DNA from: a bacterium
Lineage (GTDB): Bacteria; Bacteroidota; Ignavibacteria; UBA10030
Assembly: GCA_043803945.1 (NCBI GenBank)
Contig: JAZDJN010000044.1
Span: forward strand, 1-37,285
DNA: 37,285 nt
Direction of reading: 5' to 3'
The notes under the pieces are model-generated. The model was not told where the DNA came from, did no database searches, and saw nothing but the letters and a program-made list of their open reading frames with translations. This document shows positions 26,852-37,285 of this stretch, in pieces; position 1 is the stretch's first letter, and every line of letters starts with the position of its first letter. Position numbers and translations under genes: made by a program.

Positions 26852-27745
26852 ATGAATAAACAAAAACGTTTCCAGGGTACCGGAACTGCTATTGTCACTC
26901 CTTTTAATGCCGATCGCTCGATCGATGAAAAATCGCTCCGGCGACTGGTCGAGTTCCAAATCAAAGGAGGCGTTGAAGCACTCATCCCTGTCGGGACAAC
27001 CGGCGAAAGTCCAACCCTGAATTTCGATGAGTCTGTAAGGATTTTTAATCTGGTGCTAGAGCAAGCGGACGGTCGTGTTAAAATATTTGCAGGTACTGGA
27101 GGCAACAGCACCGAAAAAGTCATCGAGTTGAGCAAAATGGCAAAACATGCCGGTACCGACGGACTGCTTGTGGTCGGCCCATACTACAATAAACCAACTC
27201 AGGAAGGATACTATCAACATTATCGTACCATTGCAGAGTCAGTCGACCTCCCATTGATCGTCTATAATGTTCCTGGCAGGACGGGAGGAAATATTGAGGC
27301 TGCGACGATTCTCCGGCTTGCCGAAGAAGTGCCGTCAGTGTTTGCGGTTAAGGAAGCCTCTGGAAATATGGGACAAATTATGGAGATCGCCAGAAATCGT
27401 CCATCGACCCTCTCTCTCCTCTCGGGGGACGATGCCTTGACGCTGCCATTAATGTCCGTCGGCGGTGATGGATGCATCTCGGTGGTTGCGAATGAGGTGC
27501 CGCGCGATTTCTCAACGATGGTTCGGTTCTGTCTGCAGAGCAAATGGGAGAAAGCATTGAAATTACATAACAAACTTCTCCCCCTCATGACAGGTAACTT
27601 TCTGGAGTCAAGCCCCATACCGGTCAAATCGGCCCTCGCGATGATGGGCATGATTGAGGAGGTCTATCGGCTGCCCCTGGTGCCTCCTTCCGAAAAAACC
27701 AAAGAGAAACTCAGAGCAATTTTGCAGCAGCTTCATCTCATTTGA
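26852..27745 (+). CDS. dapA: 4-hydroxy-tetrahydrodipicolinate synthase
   Basis: [36 protein letters not shown]; AAGGA RBS before ATG 26852. Confidence 0.96.
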   Translation: MNKQKRFQGTGTAIVTPFNADRSIDEKSLRRLVEFQIKGGVEALIPVGTTGESPTLNFDESVRIFNLVLEQADGRVKIFAGTGGNSTEKVIELSKMAKHAGTDGLLVVGPYYNKPTQEGYYQHYRTIAESVDLPLIVYNVPGRTGGNIEAATILRLAEEVPSVFAVKEASGNMGQIMEIARNRPSTLSLLSGDDALTLPLMSVGGDGCISVVANEVPRDFSTMVRFCLQSKWEKALKLHNKLLPLMTGNFLESSPIPVKSALAMMGMIEEVYRLPLVPPSEKTKEKLRAILQQLHLI

Positions 27746-27779
27746 AAGACCATCTACTCACCTCTGGACGAACCATTCG

Positions 27780-28628
27780 ATGAAACTTCGTGAACAAATT
27801 GAGTCGTTCTACTCGCAGGATGTTACCTCGCTCAACCGCGAACCTGCTCTGCAGGCATTCAACGATCTAAAATTCTTCCTGAACATCGGCGACATCCGAT
27901 CTGCCCAACCTTCGCATGACTATGGAAACAAAGCAGGATGGATCGTCAACGATTGGGTGAAGAAAGGAATCCTGCTCGGATTCCGGCTTGGGGAACTCGC
28001 CGATCAATCGATTAACGATCAATTCAAATATTTCGACAAACATACGTTTCCTTTGAAAAAAATTTCAATCGAACATCAGGTTCGAATTGTTCCGGGCGGT
28101 ACAACAATTCGTGATGGGTGCTATATCGCAAAGGGTGTTGTGGTCATGCCGCCTGCGTATATTAATGTCGGCGCATTTGTCGATCAAGGGACGATGGTTG
28201 ATTCCCATGCGCTTGTAGGATCGTGTGCTCAAGTCGGAAAGAAAGTGCATATCAGCGCTGCAGCGCAAATCGGTGGAGTGCTGGAGCCGATCAATGCCAT
28301 GCCGGTTATTATCGAAGACGATGTGATGATCGGCGGTAATTGCGGCGTTTATGAAGGCACGATTGTAAAACGACGCTGCGTGCTCGGCACGGGCGTCATC
28401 CTGACCGGCTCAACGCCGGTCTATGATACGGTAAAGGGTACCATCTATCGCAAAACTGCTGATTCGCCTCTCGTCATTCCGGAAGGGGCGGTGGTAGTTC
28501 AGGGTAGCCGTCACCTCAAAGGAGCTTTTGCGGAAGAGCACGCTCTTTCTATGTATACTCCCATCATTATCAAATACCGGGATGAACGAACCGATGCAGC
28601 GACTGCCCTGGAAGAGAGTTTACGATGA
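27780..28628 (+). CDS. dapD: Tetrahydrodipicolinate N-succinyltransferase
   Basis: [32 protein letters not shown]; hexapeptide repeats. Confidence 0.95.
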   Translation: MKLREQIESFYSQDVTSLNREPALQAFNDLKFFLNIGDIRSAQPSHDYGNKAGWIVNDWVKKGILLGFRLGELADQSINDQFKYFDKHTFPLKKISIEHQVRIVPGGTTIRDGCYIAKGVVVMPPAYINVGAFVDQGTMVDSHALVGSCAQVGKKVHISAAAQIGGVLEPINAMPVIIEDDVMIGGNCGVYEGTIVKRRCVLGTGVILTGSTPVYDTVKGTIYRKTADSPLVIPEGAVVVQGSRHLKGAFAEEHALSMYTPIIIKYRDERTDAATALEESLR

Positions 28629-29533
28629 ATCGCATTCTTATCTGCGGCAGTAATGGATTGATCGGCCAGCGGCTTTCCTGGATTCTCAGTGCACAGACAG
28701 AGCATGAGGTTCTCTGCACTTCACATCATCGCTCTTTCGTTTTCGATCACCAGCTTGTCGATTACACCCAGTTGGATATAACGCGCAAGAGCGATGTCAA
28801 AAGCCTGGTATCAAGCTTTCATCCCTCCATTATCATCAATGCTGCCGGTGCCACGAATGTCGACTGGTGTGAATCTCACCGCGAGGAAGCTTGGGGCGCA
28901 AATGTCGTTGGAGTAGAAAACCTGATTGAGGCAGCGCGGAAAGTTGGGGCAAAGGTCATTCACGTTTCAACAGATTATGTCTTTGATGGAAAGAGCGGTC
29001 CCTATAGCGAGAATGACCGGCCCAACCCCATTAGCTATTATGGTAAATCAAAGCTTGCTGCAGAGAATGCACTGCGCATTGCAGATATTCCTTTCGCCAT
29101 TGTTCGCACGATTGTCGTCTATGGCTATGGCATCAACGTCAAACATAATTTCGCTCTCTGGGTTATCCATGCGTTGCGTTCGGATCAGGCAATCCGGTGC
29201 GTCGACGACCAGATCAGCAATCCAACGCATGTGCAGGATCTTGCTTATTCGATCGTCAAGATTTTTGAACTCAACCGGACAGGATTTTATCATGTCTGCG
29301 GCAGCGAGACCATCAGCCGTTTCGATTTTGCAGTGAAAATCGCGGGGATCTTTGACCTCGATCCATCGAGAATCCAACAGATTCATACTTCCGATCTTCA
29401 ACAATTGGCACTCCGACCACTTGTCACCGGATTCATCACACTCAAAGCCGAAACCGAACTGGGGATCAAACCGATGGATGCTACCCAGGGATTGATACTA
29501 CTCAAACGTGAGTTTCAATTGGCAAAGAAATGA
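28625..29533 (+). CDS. rfbD: dTDP-4-dehydrorhamnose reductase
   Basis: [31 protein letters not shown]. Confidence 0.85.
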   Translation: MNRILICGSNGLIGQRLSWILSAQTEHEVLCTSHHRSFVFDHQLVDYTQLDITRKSDVKSLVSSFHPSIIINAAGATNVDWCESHREEAWGANVVGVENLIEAARKVGAKVIHVSTDYVFDGKSGPYSENDRPNPISYYGKSKLAAENALRIADIPFAIVRTIVVYGYGINVKHNFALWVIHALRSDQAIRCVDDQISNPTHVQDLAYSIVKIFELNRTGFYHVCGSETISRFDFAVKIAGIFDLDPSRIQQIHTSDLQQLALRPLVTGFITLKAETELGIKPMDATQGLILLKREFQLAKK

Positions 29534-30381
29534 CTCTCAACCTGCGCTTCCAGTTTCCGCGTCTCTCCTTTATGTTCCTGCTGCTCTTTGCATTCCTTCA
29601 ACTCAACTGCTCTGGCTCAAGATATTTTGGGACTGACCAAAGTATTCGGGTACTCACTTACAATATTCACCATGCCGAAGGAGCAGATGGGAAGATCGAT
29701 ATCAAACGTATCGCCCGTGTCATTCTCACATCACAAGCAGATATTGTTGCTCTCCAGGAGGTTGATCGAAACACCAAACGATCGAACAACATCGACCTGC
29801 TGACTGCTCTTGCCGATGAAACCGGAATGACTTATGCATTCGGGAAAACGATTGATTTTCAAGGAGGAGATTATGGAAATGGTATTCTTACAAAATTTCC
29901 GATTCTTGAAGAAAGAAATTATTATCTTAAGAGTGTCGGGAACGGAGAGCAGCGTGCTGCAATGGCCCTGGTACTCGATTGCAAAGGCCAGGACATCCTC
30001 CTGATCAATACCCATCTTGATCATCGCGTGGATGATAGTGAGCGATTCGGCAGTGTACAGGAATTAATCAGGATCAGCAAAACCGACAGCACAAGACCGG
30101 TCATTGTGTGCGGGGACTTTAACGACGTGCCGGCAAGCCGCTCAATCGCCCTTATACACGCTTCATTTGATGATTGCTGGGAAAGGGCTGGAAATGGAAA
30201 TGGGTTTACATTCGCTTCGGATAATCCCCAGCGACGGATCGATTATATCTTTTGTTCGATGAAGCTTCAAGGTCAAAGATTACGAACAACGCTCCTGGAT
30301 CCGCAGAAAGCCACTGTGATTCAGTCAGATGCTTCTGATCATCTCCCCCTCGTTGTCGATTTCCGGATGGGAGCCCAATAA
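29530..30381 (+). CDS. Endonuclease/exonuclease/phosphatase family protein, probably exported
   Basis: TYNIH, LQEVD, NTHL, GDFND, RIDYIF, SDHLP; hydrophobic N-terminus ending LNC. Confidence 0.9.
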   Translation: MTLNLRFQFPRLSFMFLLLFAFLQLNCSGSRYFGTDQSIRVLTYNIHHAEGADGKIDIKRIARVILTSQADIVALQEVDRNTKRSNNIDLLTALADETGMTYAFGKTIDFQGGDYGNGILTKFPILEERNYYLKSVGNGEQRAAMALVLDCKGQDILLINTHLDHRVDDSERFGSVQELIRISKTDSTRPVIVCGDFNDVPASRSIALIHASFDDCWERAGNGNGFTFASDNPQRRIDYIFCSMKLQGQRLRTTLLDPQKATVIQSDASDHLPLVVDFRMGAQ

Positions 30382-30425
30382 CGTAATACTATTATTCAAT
30401 GAATTGTTAAAATGGTGAGATTTCT

Positions 30426-31691
30426 ATGTTAGACATGAAGTTTATTCGAGAAAACACAGAACTCGTTCGTAAAGGTGCCGAGGCAAAAGGAATACCGGTT
30501 AACCTGGATGAATTATTACTGCTGGATGAAACGCGAAGGAAACTTATCCAGGAAGTCGAGACATTGAAGGCCAAACGCAATCAGGTTTCGGCTCAGGTTG
30601 GCAAGATAAAAAAAAGGGGCGGTGATGCAGCAGCTGTTATCGCCGAGATGGATCAGGTCAAGGACCGCATTCAGGCAATTGATCATGAACTAAAGACAAT
30701 TGAGACGAAGCTCTCGGTCCTGATGCTGACCATCCCAAACGTTCCTCATCCTTCCGTGCCCATTGGACGGACGCCCGATGACAATAAGCCGGTATTCCAT
30801 TGGGGCGAGAAACCAAGCGTTGATTTTCCATTGAAGCCGCACTGGGACATTGCCGAAAAGCTCGGCATTATCGATTTTACGCGGGGTGCAAAAGTAACCG
30901 GTGCAGGATTTCCATTCTACCTGGGAAAAGGGGCAACTCTTGAACGCTCGTTGATCAACTTCTTTATCGACCAGGCGTTGCAGCGGGGATACCGGGAAAT
31001 TGCACCGCCCATCGTTGTTAATGAAGAGAGCGCCCGTGGAACGGGCCAGATCCCCGATAAAGAAGACCTCATGTATATTGTTGAACGCGATCAACTCTAT
31101 CTCGTGCCTACTGCAGAGGTGCCCGTTACCAATGTGTTTCGCGACGAGCTCTTATCCGAGCAGGAGCTCCCCATTTGCTTTGTTGCCTATACACCATGTT
31201 TCCGGCGCGAGGCGGGTTCGTACGGAAAAGATGTCCGCGGCCTGAATCGGTTGCATCAATTCGATAAGGTTGAGCTTGTCAAGTTTGTCCATCCATCAAC
31301 ATCGTTCGATGAACTCGAGTCATTACGGCAGGATGCCGAGCACTTGCTCCAGCTCCTCGGGCTTCCTTACCGAACCCTGTTGATGTGTACCGGCGATATG
31401 GGTTTCACGCAATCGAAGAAATACGATCTCGAAGTGTGGGCCCCCGGGCAAGAGAGGTGGCTGGAAGTCTCTTCTTGCAGCAATTTCGAGTCGTTCCAGG
31501 CACGCAGGATGAACATCCGGTTCCGTCCGGCGAACTCCGGGAGGCCGGAAATTGTTCATACTCTCAACGGATCAGGGCTTGCATTACCTCGAGTTGTCGC
31601 GGCATTACTGGAGCACTATCAGACTCCGGAAGACAAAGTGATCATTCCAAAAGTTCTGCATCCCTATACGAAGTTCGAACTCATCGGGTAA
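30426..31691 (+). CDS. serS: Serine--tRNA ligase
   Basis: MLDMKFIREN, coiled-coil arm, PTAEVP, FRREAG, RLHQFDKVE, EVSSCSN, HTLNGSGLA. Confidence 0.98.
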   Translation: MLDMKFIRENTELVRKGAEAKGIPVNLDELLLLDETRRKLIQEVETLKAKRNQVSAQVGKIKKRGGDAAAVIAEMDQVKDRIQAIDHELKTIETKLSVLMLTIPNVPHPSVPIGRTPDDNKPVFHWGEKPSVDFPLKPHWDIAEKLGIIDFTRGAKVTGAGFPFYLGKGATLERSLINFFIDQALQRGYREIAPPIVVNEESARGTGQIPDKEDLMYIVERDQLYLVPTAEVPVTNVFRDELLSEQELPICFVAYTPCFRREAGSYGKDVRGLNRLHQFDKVELVKFVHPSTSFDELESLRQDAEHLLQLLGLPYRTLLMCTGDMGFTQSKKYDLEVWAPGQERWLEVSSCSNFESFQARRMNIRFRPANSGRPEIVHTLNGSGLALPRVVAALLEHYQTPEDKVIIPKVLHPYTKFELIG

Positions 31692-31815
31692 TACCGAAAT
31701 CAACAATACAGGGTACACTATAATGGAGGATGTATAAGGAAAATCAAACGACATCGGAGATATTCACCTCAAGCTCCATCATCGTGTTGTTACAAGAATT
31801 TCCTGCTGACCTGAT

Positions 31816-33576
31816 ATGCGCTCACTGCTCCGGTTGATTCCCTATCTTCGCCGCTACCAAAAGACACTGATGCTGGGTGTTCTCACGATTATTGGAAGTA
31901 ATATCTTTACCGTCGTCCAACCGATGCTGATGGGATTCGCCATCGATGATCTCAAGCGGGCCATCGAACAGCGATCGGTTTCCGGTTCTGACTTTCTGCT
32001 TTGGGCCGGACTGATTATCGGCTTTTCCTTGATTGCCAGCATTTTTACCTTTCTGACACGACAGACCATTATCGTCATCTCCCGGCATATTGAATTTGAT
32101 CTCCGGAATGATTTCCTCGCCCATCTTCAGAAGCTTCCGTATTCCTACTTCCAGAATACTTCCACGGGCGATCTGATGGCCCATGCCACGAACGACATCG
32201 CTTCCGTTCGGAACGTTCTTGGCCCGGGAATCATGTATCCGACAGACACCTTCATGACCTTTACCATGGTATTGACGCTGATGCTCTTGAAGGACTGGCA
32301 ACTGACATTGCTCGCCCTGGTGCCGCTTCCTCTGGTATCGTATGCGGTCTACAGATTGGGAAAAACAATCCATCAAAAATCCATTGAGAAGCAGGAACAG
32401 TTTTCTCTTCTGACAACGCGAGCACAGGAAAATCTTTCGGGCATTCGGGTGATCAAGTCTTACGTCCGTGAAGAGTACGAGATTGAACGATTTGCAAAGC
32501 TCAGTTGGGATTACCTCCAGAAGAATCTCGTCCTTGCACGGCTTCAATCTGTCTTATGGCCGTTATTATTTCTTCTCGTTGGATTCTCCATCATTATTAC
32601 GATGTATGCAGGTGGAGTACAGGTGATCAACGGAACGCTCACCATCGGAGCCCTGATGGCGTTCCTCACCTATTTAACAATGCTGATCTGGCCGGTGATC
32701 GCCTTCGGGTGGGTGACTAATATGCTACAGCAAGGTGCAGCATCGATGGGACGTCTGTGCAAGATTTTTGATACGGTCCCGGATATTCAGGATACCGGGC
32801 AGACAGATCGCACGATCCAAAGCATTCAGGGAGAGATTGAATTCCGCAATGTCAGCTTTACACACAATAATGCTCCAAGACCTGTATTGAATGGTATCAC
32901 TCTAACCATCAAAAAGGGGATGACGCTTGCGATTGTTGGATACACCGGCTCGGGCAAGTCGACACTCGTCAACCTCATACCGCGGTTGTACGATATCAAC
33001 TCCGGCGAATTGTTGATCGATGGTAAACCGATTACGGCCATTCCTGTCGACGTTCTTCGTTCGAATATCGGCTTCGTGCCTCAAGAAACATTCCTTTTTT
33101 CCGACACAATTGCTGAAAACATTCGATACGGAGCAGACGATTGGACAATGGAGAATATCCACGCAGCAGCCGAGATTTCGCAGATTGTGAAAGACGTTCT
33201 GGAATTTCCAAAGCAATTTGATACCATGATCGGTGAACGGGGAATTACATTATCCGGCGGGCAAAAACAGCGTACGAGTATTGCACGGGCTATGATCCGA
33301 AAACCGAACATCCTCATTCTCGATGATTGCCTCTCCGCCGTCGACACCCACACGGAGGAAGAAATTCTCTCACGGCTCCGCCTGTTCATGAAGGACCGCA
33401 CAAGTATCATTATCAGCCACCGCATCTCTACGGTAAAGGAAGCTGATCTGATTATTGTACTCGAGAAAGGTAAAATTGTGGAGAGAGGTACGCATGAAGA
33501 ATTAGTTGCCCGCGGCGGGATCTATACCGATCTGTACGAGAAACAGTTGTTGGAGAAAGAGATTGAAGAACTTTAA
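31816..33576 (+). CDS. ABC exporter TMD+NBD half-transporter with degenerate Walker B (MdlA/BmrC-like)
   Basis: 6 TMs, GYTGSGKS, LSGGQKQR, ILILDD (catalytic Glu replaced by Asp), SHR. Confidence 0.93.
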   Translation: MRSLLRLIPYLRRYQKTLMLGVLTIIGSNIFTVVQPMLMGFAIDDLKRAIEQRSVSGSDFLLWAGLIIGFSLIASIFTFLTRQTIIVISRHIEFDLRNDFLAHLQKLPYSYFQNTSTGDLMAHATNDIASVRNVLGPGIMYPTDTFMTFTMVLTLMLLKDWQLTLLALVPLPLVSYAVYRLGKTIHQKSIEKQEQFSLLTTRAQENLSGIRVIKSYVREEYEIERFAKLSWDYLQKNLVLARLQSVLWPLLFLLVGFSIIITMYAGGVQVINGTLTIGALMAFLTYLTMLIWPVIAFGWVTNMLQQGAASMGRLCKIFDTVPDIQDTGQTDRTIQSIQGEIEFRNVSFTHNNAPRPVLNGITLTIKKGMTLAIVGYTGSGKSTLVNLIPRLYDINSGELLIDGKPITAIPVDVLRSNIGFVPQETFLFSDTIAENIRYGADDWTMENIHAAAEISQIVKDVLEFPKQFDTMIGERGITLSGGQKQRTSIARAMIRKPNILILDDCLSAVDTHTEEEILSRLRLFMKDRTSIIISHRISTVKEADLIIVLEKGKIVERGTHEELVARGGIYTDLYEKQLLEKEIEEL

Positions 33577-33605
33577 TCAATGAAAAATTAAAAGGGAAAA
33601 AATTT
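33577..33605. repeat. A-rich ~7-bp repeat arm upstream of the four-helix-bundle gene
   Basis: tcaatgaaaaattaaaagggaaaaaattt; roughly complementary to 33995-34029. Confidence 0.45.
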
Positions 33606-33619
33606 CAAGGAGGAATTTT

Positions 33620-33976
33620 ATGCCCGGGGACATAAAAGAACGAACCTTAGATTTTGCAATCCGAATTGTTCGGTTGGCAGATAAAATGCCAAATTCTCAA
33701 GCTTCAATGATCATCACAAAACAATTGATTCGTTCGGGAACCTCAATCGGAGCCAACGTCGAGGAGGCAAATGCCGCACCAACGAGAAAAGACTTTGCGT
33801 ATCGATTGAATGTGGCTTTGTGTGAAGCGAGAGAAACCAAATATTGGCTCTCAATTATAAGGGCAGTTGGATACACAGCATCAGTGGAAGTAAACTCACT
33901 CTTCCAAGAATGCGAAGAGCTCTGTAAGATTTTAGGCGCAATTGTCAGTACTGCTCGTGGTAAACGAATACATTGA
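33620..33976 (+). CDS. Four-helix-bundle protein (23S rRNA IVS-like / TIGR02436 type)
   Basis: RTLDFA, KQLIRSGTSIGANVEEA, DF...A..EARETKYWL; strong AGGAGG RBS. Confidence 0.92.
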   Translation: MPGDIKERTLDFAIRIVRLADKMPNSQASMIITKQLIRSGTSIGANVEEANAAPTRKDFAYRLNVALCEARETKYWLSIIRAVGYTASVEVNSLFQECEELCKILGAIVSTARGKRIH

Positions 33977-33994
33977 GATCAGTTGTTTCAATTC

Positions 33995-34029
33995 ACATTT
34001 TTCATTTTTCATTTAAAATTTTTACTTGA
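33995..34029. repeat. T-rich heptamer repeat arm (cattttt) downstream of the four-helix-bundle gene
   Basis: acatttttcatttttcatttaaaatttttacttga. Confidence 0.5.
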
Positions 34030-34032
34030 CTG

Positions 34033-35817
34033 ATGCATGAAGAAGAAGTCCTTGGTAAAGCCTACGATGCCCGCCTGATGGGGCGGCTGCTGAAGTACCT
34101 GAAACCATACCGCTGGTATGTTGTTCTGGGAATTGTTCTCAGTATCCTCACCAGCGCCCTGGAAGCGATCCGTCCGTACTTTACCAAAATCGCCGTCGAT
34201 GTGGACATTGCCAATGGCGATCCGCATGGATTACTCAAGACCGCCGCTCTCTTCTTTGCGGTACTCGTCCTACGCGGATTGATTCAATACGCAACTGCGT
34301 ACCTCACACAATGGATCGGCCAGCGTACTATCTATGATTTACGGATGGAAATCTTCCGGCATCTGCAGCACCTCTCCTTGAAATTCTACGACCGGAATCC
34401 GATCGGCCGGCTGATTACGAGAGTCACGAACGATGTTGAAGTGATGAACGAGATGTTTTCCTCCGGGATTGTTATGGTCTTCAGTGACATTTTCACCATC
34501 GCCGGCATTTTTTATTTCATGTTCTCGATGAACTGGAAGTTATCGATCGTCTCACTGAGTGTCCTTCCCCTCCTTTTCTATGGCACGTTCCTTTTCCGGA
34601 AAAAAGCCCGTGAAGCATACCGGGAAGTACGGACCCACATAGCGCGCATCAATTCGTTCATGCAGGAGCATATCACCGGGATGATGATTGATCAAATCTT
34701 CACCCGGGAAAGAAAATCGTTCGAAAAATTCTCCGAGATCAATGCCGCTCACCGGAACGCCAATATTAAATCCATTCTTTATTATGCACTCTTCTATCCC
34801 GGGGTCGATCTCATCGGAGCCCTTTCCATAGGACTTATTATCTGGTATGCCGGTAGGAACGTTCTTGACGGTGCTGTGACACTTGGAACCGTGATGGCCT
34901 TTGTCCAATTCAACGAAATGTTCTGGCGCCCCATTCGGGACCTTTCAGAGAAGTACAATATTCTTCAGACAGCGATGGCTTCATCCGAGCGGATCTTTCA
35001 ACTTCTCGATGACCAGACCATTCTGCTGTCGCCATCTCATTCCGTTCCCCTGAACCATATCCAGGGCGAGATCGAGTTCCGCAATGTCTGGTTTTCGTAT
35101 GCGCCGCCTACCAACGGAGAGCACTCTCCCGAATGGGTTCTAAAAAATATCTCCTTCCATGTCAAGCCGGGAGAAACTGTGGCGTTTGTCGGTCATACCG
35201 GAGCAGGGAAAACTTCAATAATCAGTTTGCTCAGCCGATTCTATGACATTCAGCAGGGTGAAATATTGATCGATGGGATAAATATCCAGCAGACCCGGCC
35301 GGAGGAGCTTCGCAAACACATAGCCGTTGTGCTTCAAGATATCTTCCTGTTTTCCGGCGATATTAAAGGAAACATTCATCTTGGCAACGAAGCAATCTCC
35401 ATGGACACGGTTCGCGATGCTGCCCGTCATGTCGGGGCCGAGCGATTCATAGAACAACTAACCGGCCAATACGATGCTGAAGTAAAAGAGCGCGGTGCGA
35501 CACTCTCGGTTGGGCAAAAGCAGCTGCTTTCTTTTGCACGGGCTCTGGCTTTCAATCCGCGCATTCTCGTCCTTGATGAGGCCACGTCAAGTGTTGACAC
35601 CGAGACAGAACTGCTCATCCAAGCGGCCATCAGGGAATTATTAAAAGGACGTACCTCTATTGTCATTGCACACCGGCTCTCGACAATCCAAAATGCCGAT
35701 AAAATTATCGTTCTCCATAAAGGAGAAATCCGTGAAGCCGGCACTCACCAGGAGCTGCTTGCTCACGATGGGATCTATAAGAAACTCTATAAACTGCAAT
35801 ATAAAGACCAGGAGTGA
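34033..35817 (+). CDS. ABC exporter TMD+NBD half-transporter with degenerate signature (MdlB/BmrD-like)
   Basis: GKAYD N-terminus, GHTGAGKT, LSVGQKQL, VLDEATS, AHRLST. Confidence 0.93.
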   Translation: MHEEEVLGKAYDARLMGRLLKYLKPYRWYVVLGIVLSILTSALEAIRPYFTKIAVDVDIANGDPHGLLKTAALFFAVLVLRGLIQYATAYLTQWIGQRTIYDLRMEIFRHLQHLSLKFYDRNPIGRLITRVTNDVEVMNEMFSSGIVMVFSDIFTIAGIFYFMFSMNWKLSIVSLSVLPLLFYGTFLFRKKAREAYREVRTHIARINSFMQEHITGMMIDQIFTRERKSFEKFSEINAAHRNANIKSILYYALFYPGVDLIGALSIGLIIWYAGRNVLDGAVTLGTVMAFVQFNEMFWRPIRDLSEKYNILQTAMASSERIFQLLDDQTILLSPSHSVPLNHIQGEIEFRNVWFSYAPPTNGEHSPEWVLKNISFHVKPGETVAFVGHTGAGKTSIISLLSRFYDIQQGEILIDGINIQQTRPEELRKHIAVVLQDIFLFSGDIKGNIHLGNEAISMDTVRDAARHVGAERFIEQLTGQYDAEVKERGATLSVGQKQLLSFARALAFNPRILVLDEATSSVDTETELLIQAAIRELLKGRTSIVIAHRLSTIQNADKIIVLHKGEIREAGTHQELLAHDGIYKKLYKLQYKDQE

Positions 35818-35864
35818 GGTCTTTAATTCAGAGATAACAATCATACCTCCAGGTCACTTCCCTC

Positions 35865-35893
35865 TTGCAAATCTCAGCACCTCTCTCTACATT
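35865..35893 (+). promoter_or_regulatory. Sigma70-like promoter of fbp
   Basis: TTGCAA-N17-TACATT about 33 nt before the ATG. Confidence 0.45.
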
Positions 35894-35926
35894 CGTTTCA
35901 TCAATGAATAGACTGGGAACACCACG

Positions 35927-36934
35927 ATGGGTGACAGCAAAGTTATTACAATTGAACGACACATCATCGAAATGGAGCATGCGCACCCCGGAGCGTCGGG
36001 TCATTTCTCCGGACTTCTGCGCGATCTGACACTTGCCTCTAAAGTGATCTGGCGGGAGGTCAGTAAGGCGGGCCTGGTAAATATTCTTGGGCTTACTGGC
36101 ACCGAAAATATACACGGCGAACAGGTCAAAAAATTGGATGTCTTCGCCGATCAAACCATTTACACTGCAATGGACTATGGGGGACATCTGTGCGTGATGG
36201 CTTCAGAAGAGAATGAAGATGTCATGCATATTCCCGAACATTACCCTACCGGGCGCTACGTCCTCATCTATGACCCACTCGATGGCTCATCAAACATCGA
36301 TGTCAATGTTACGATCGGCAGTATCTTCTCGATCTTCCGGAGAGTGAGCGCAGGAGGGAACGGAACATTAGAAGATTGTCTACAGCCGGGACATCAACAG
36401 GTCGCTGCCGGCTATGTGATTTACGGATCCTCTACGATGATGGTCTATACCACGGGAGACGGCGTGCATGGATTCACGCTCGATCCGAGCATTGGCGAAT
36501 TCCTCCTCTCGCACGAAAATATTCGCATCCCCAAGCGCGGCAAGATCTACAGTGTGAATGAAGGGAATTACCGCTGGTGGTACGATGGCGTAAAAAAGTA
36601 TGTCAAGTATTTGCAGGAGGAAGATGCTGCCACCAGCCGGCCATATTCAGGACGTTATATCGGCTCACTTGTCGGCGATATTCACCGGACACTCTTGTAT
36701 GGTGGAATATTCATGTATCCAAGCGATGCACGAAAACCTGAAGGCAAACTCCGATTAATGTATGAGGGCAACCCGATGGCATTCATTGTGGAGCAGGCCG
36801 GCGGACGGGCAACAGACGGCCAGCGGAGAATCCTCGACATTCAGCCGACGAAGCTTCACCAACGCACGCCACTCTTCATCGGAAGCGAGGAAGATGTCCT
36901 CATCTGTGAAGAATTTCTCCAGGGAAAACGATAA
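35927..36934 (+). CDS. fbp: Class 1 fructose-1,6-bisphosphatase
   Basis: [48 protein letters not shown]. Confidence 0.97.
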   Translation: MGDSKVITIERHIIEMEHAHPGASGHFSGLLRDLTLASKVIWREVSKAGLVNILGLTGTENIHGEQVKKLDVFADQTIYTAMDYGGHLCVMASEENEDVMHIPEHYPTGRYVLIYDPLDGSSNIDVNVTIGSIFSIFRRVSAGGNGTLEDCLQPGHQQVAAGYVIYGSSTMMVYTTGDGVHGFTLDPSIGEFLLSHENIRIPKRGKIYSVNEGNYRWWYDGVKKYVKYLQEEDAATSRPYSGRYIGSLVGDIHRTLLYGGIFMYPSDARKPEGKLRLMYEGNPMAFIVEQAGGRATDGQRRILDIQPTKLHQRTPLFIGSEEDVLICEEFLQGKR

Positions 36935-36953
36935 GGAATTTGGAAGATGATGT

Positions 36954-36978
36954 GCCACCAAGGCACAAGGACACTAAG
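36954..36978. repeat. Short degenerate repeat arm after the fbp stop
   Basis: gccaccaaggcacaaggacactaag; similar period and position to the other intergenic repeats. Confidence 0.4.
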
Positions 36979-37273
36979 ATTTATTCGATATGATCGTAAC
37001 GGTGTGATACTTATGAAATAATTCTTTTATTCCTTTTAATTGCTCAGTATAGTACATCCAAAGGATAATGTGCCTTTTCTTTATTGATAAAAGGGTAAGT
37101 CGGTGAGTAGATTTGTTAATGTATTTTTATTCATATGTGGAAACATTTCCCCCTTTCGTAAAGCTTCTCATTACCCACAATTCGTGAGAAGGGTGAGAGG
37201 ACTTGTACAAGACGTTTATTTTCAATATGTTATTGAGATAAGTATACGATAACATATTGAAAGGAACAATATC

Positions 37274-37285
37274 ATGGAGCGATGG
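37274..37285 (+). CDS. Probable start of a gene running off the window
   Basis: GAAAGGA RBS followed by ATG GAG CGA TGG; only 4 codons visible. Confidence 0.35.

Noticed and set aside
31822-32547. 241-aa minus-strand ORF
   Set aside because: Antisense shadow of the ABC transporter gene
33620-33976. Diversity-generating retroelement (Avd-like protein)
   Set aside because: No reverse transcriptase or template/variable repeat pair in the window

Overview
A 37.3-kb bacterial chromosomal window, probably from an Ignavibacteria/Chlorobi-like FCB-group organism (inferred from a PorV/FadL-type barrel, a propeller sensor kinase and a HisA-like C-terminus LYENxFPCQ). Left third (minus strand): a membrane CHASE2 sensor fused to a sigma54 enhancer-binding ATPase. 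It sits directly upstream of a UAS-IHF-(-24/-12) promoter driving an unknown gene, followed by a lipoprotein, a barrel/transglutaminase-like fusion and a FecR-like/TPR protein, which together look like a candidate trans-envelope sigma54 signalling system. Next come tRNA-Arg(UCU), a tRNA-derived hairpin element and an AT-richer, decaying restriction-modification-like islet. In that islet a truncated Dam methylase and a nonsense-disrupted nuclease flank an intact HTH-PD-(D/E)XK nuclease and a CarS-like acidic SH3 (putative DNA-mimic) gene. The rest is mostly housekeeping: polysaccharide deacetylase, Gfo/Idh/MocA oxidoreductase, pspC/liaF-like genes with an ECF-like promoter, waaF, a propeller-PAS-PAS-GAF-HisKA_3 kinase with NarL-type and stand-alone receivers, a degenerate HisA paralogue, a PfkB kinase, lysC-dapB-dapA-dapD-rfbD, an EEP hydrolase, serS, a heterodimeric ABC exporter split by a repeat-flanked four-helix-bundle gene, and fbp. 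All calls come from reading motifs by eye; no searches were run.
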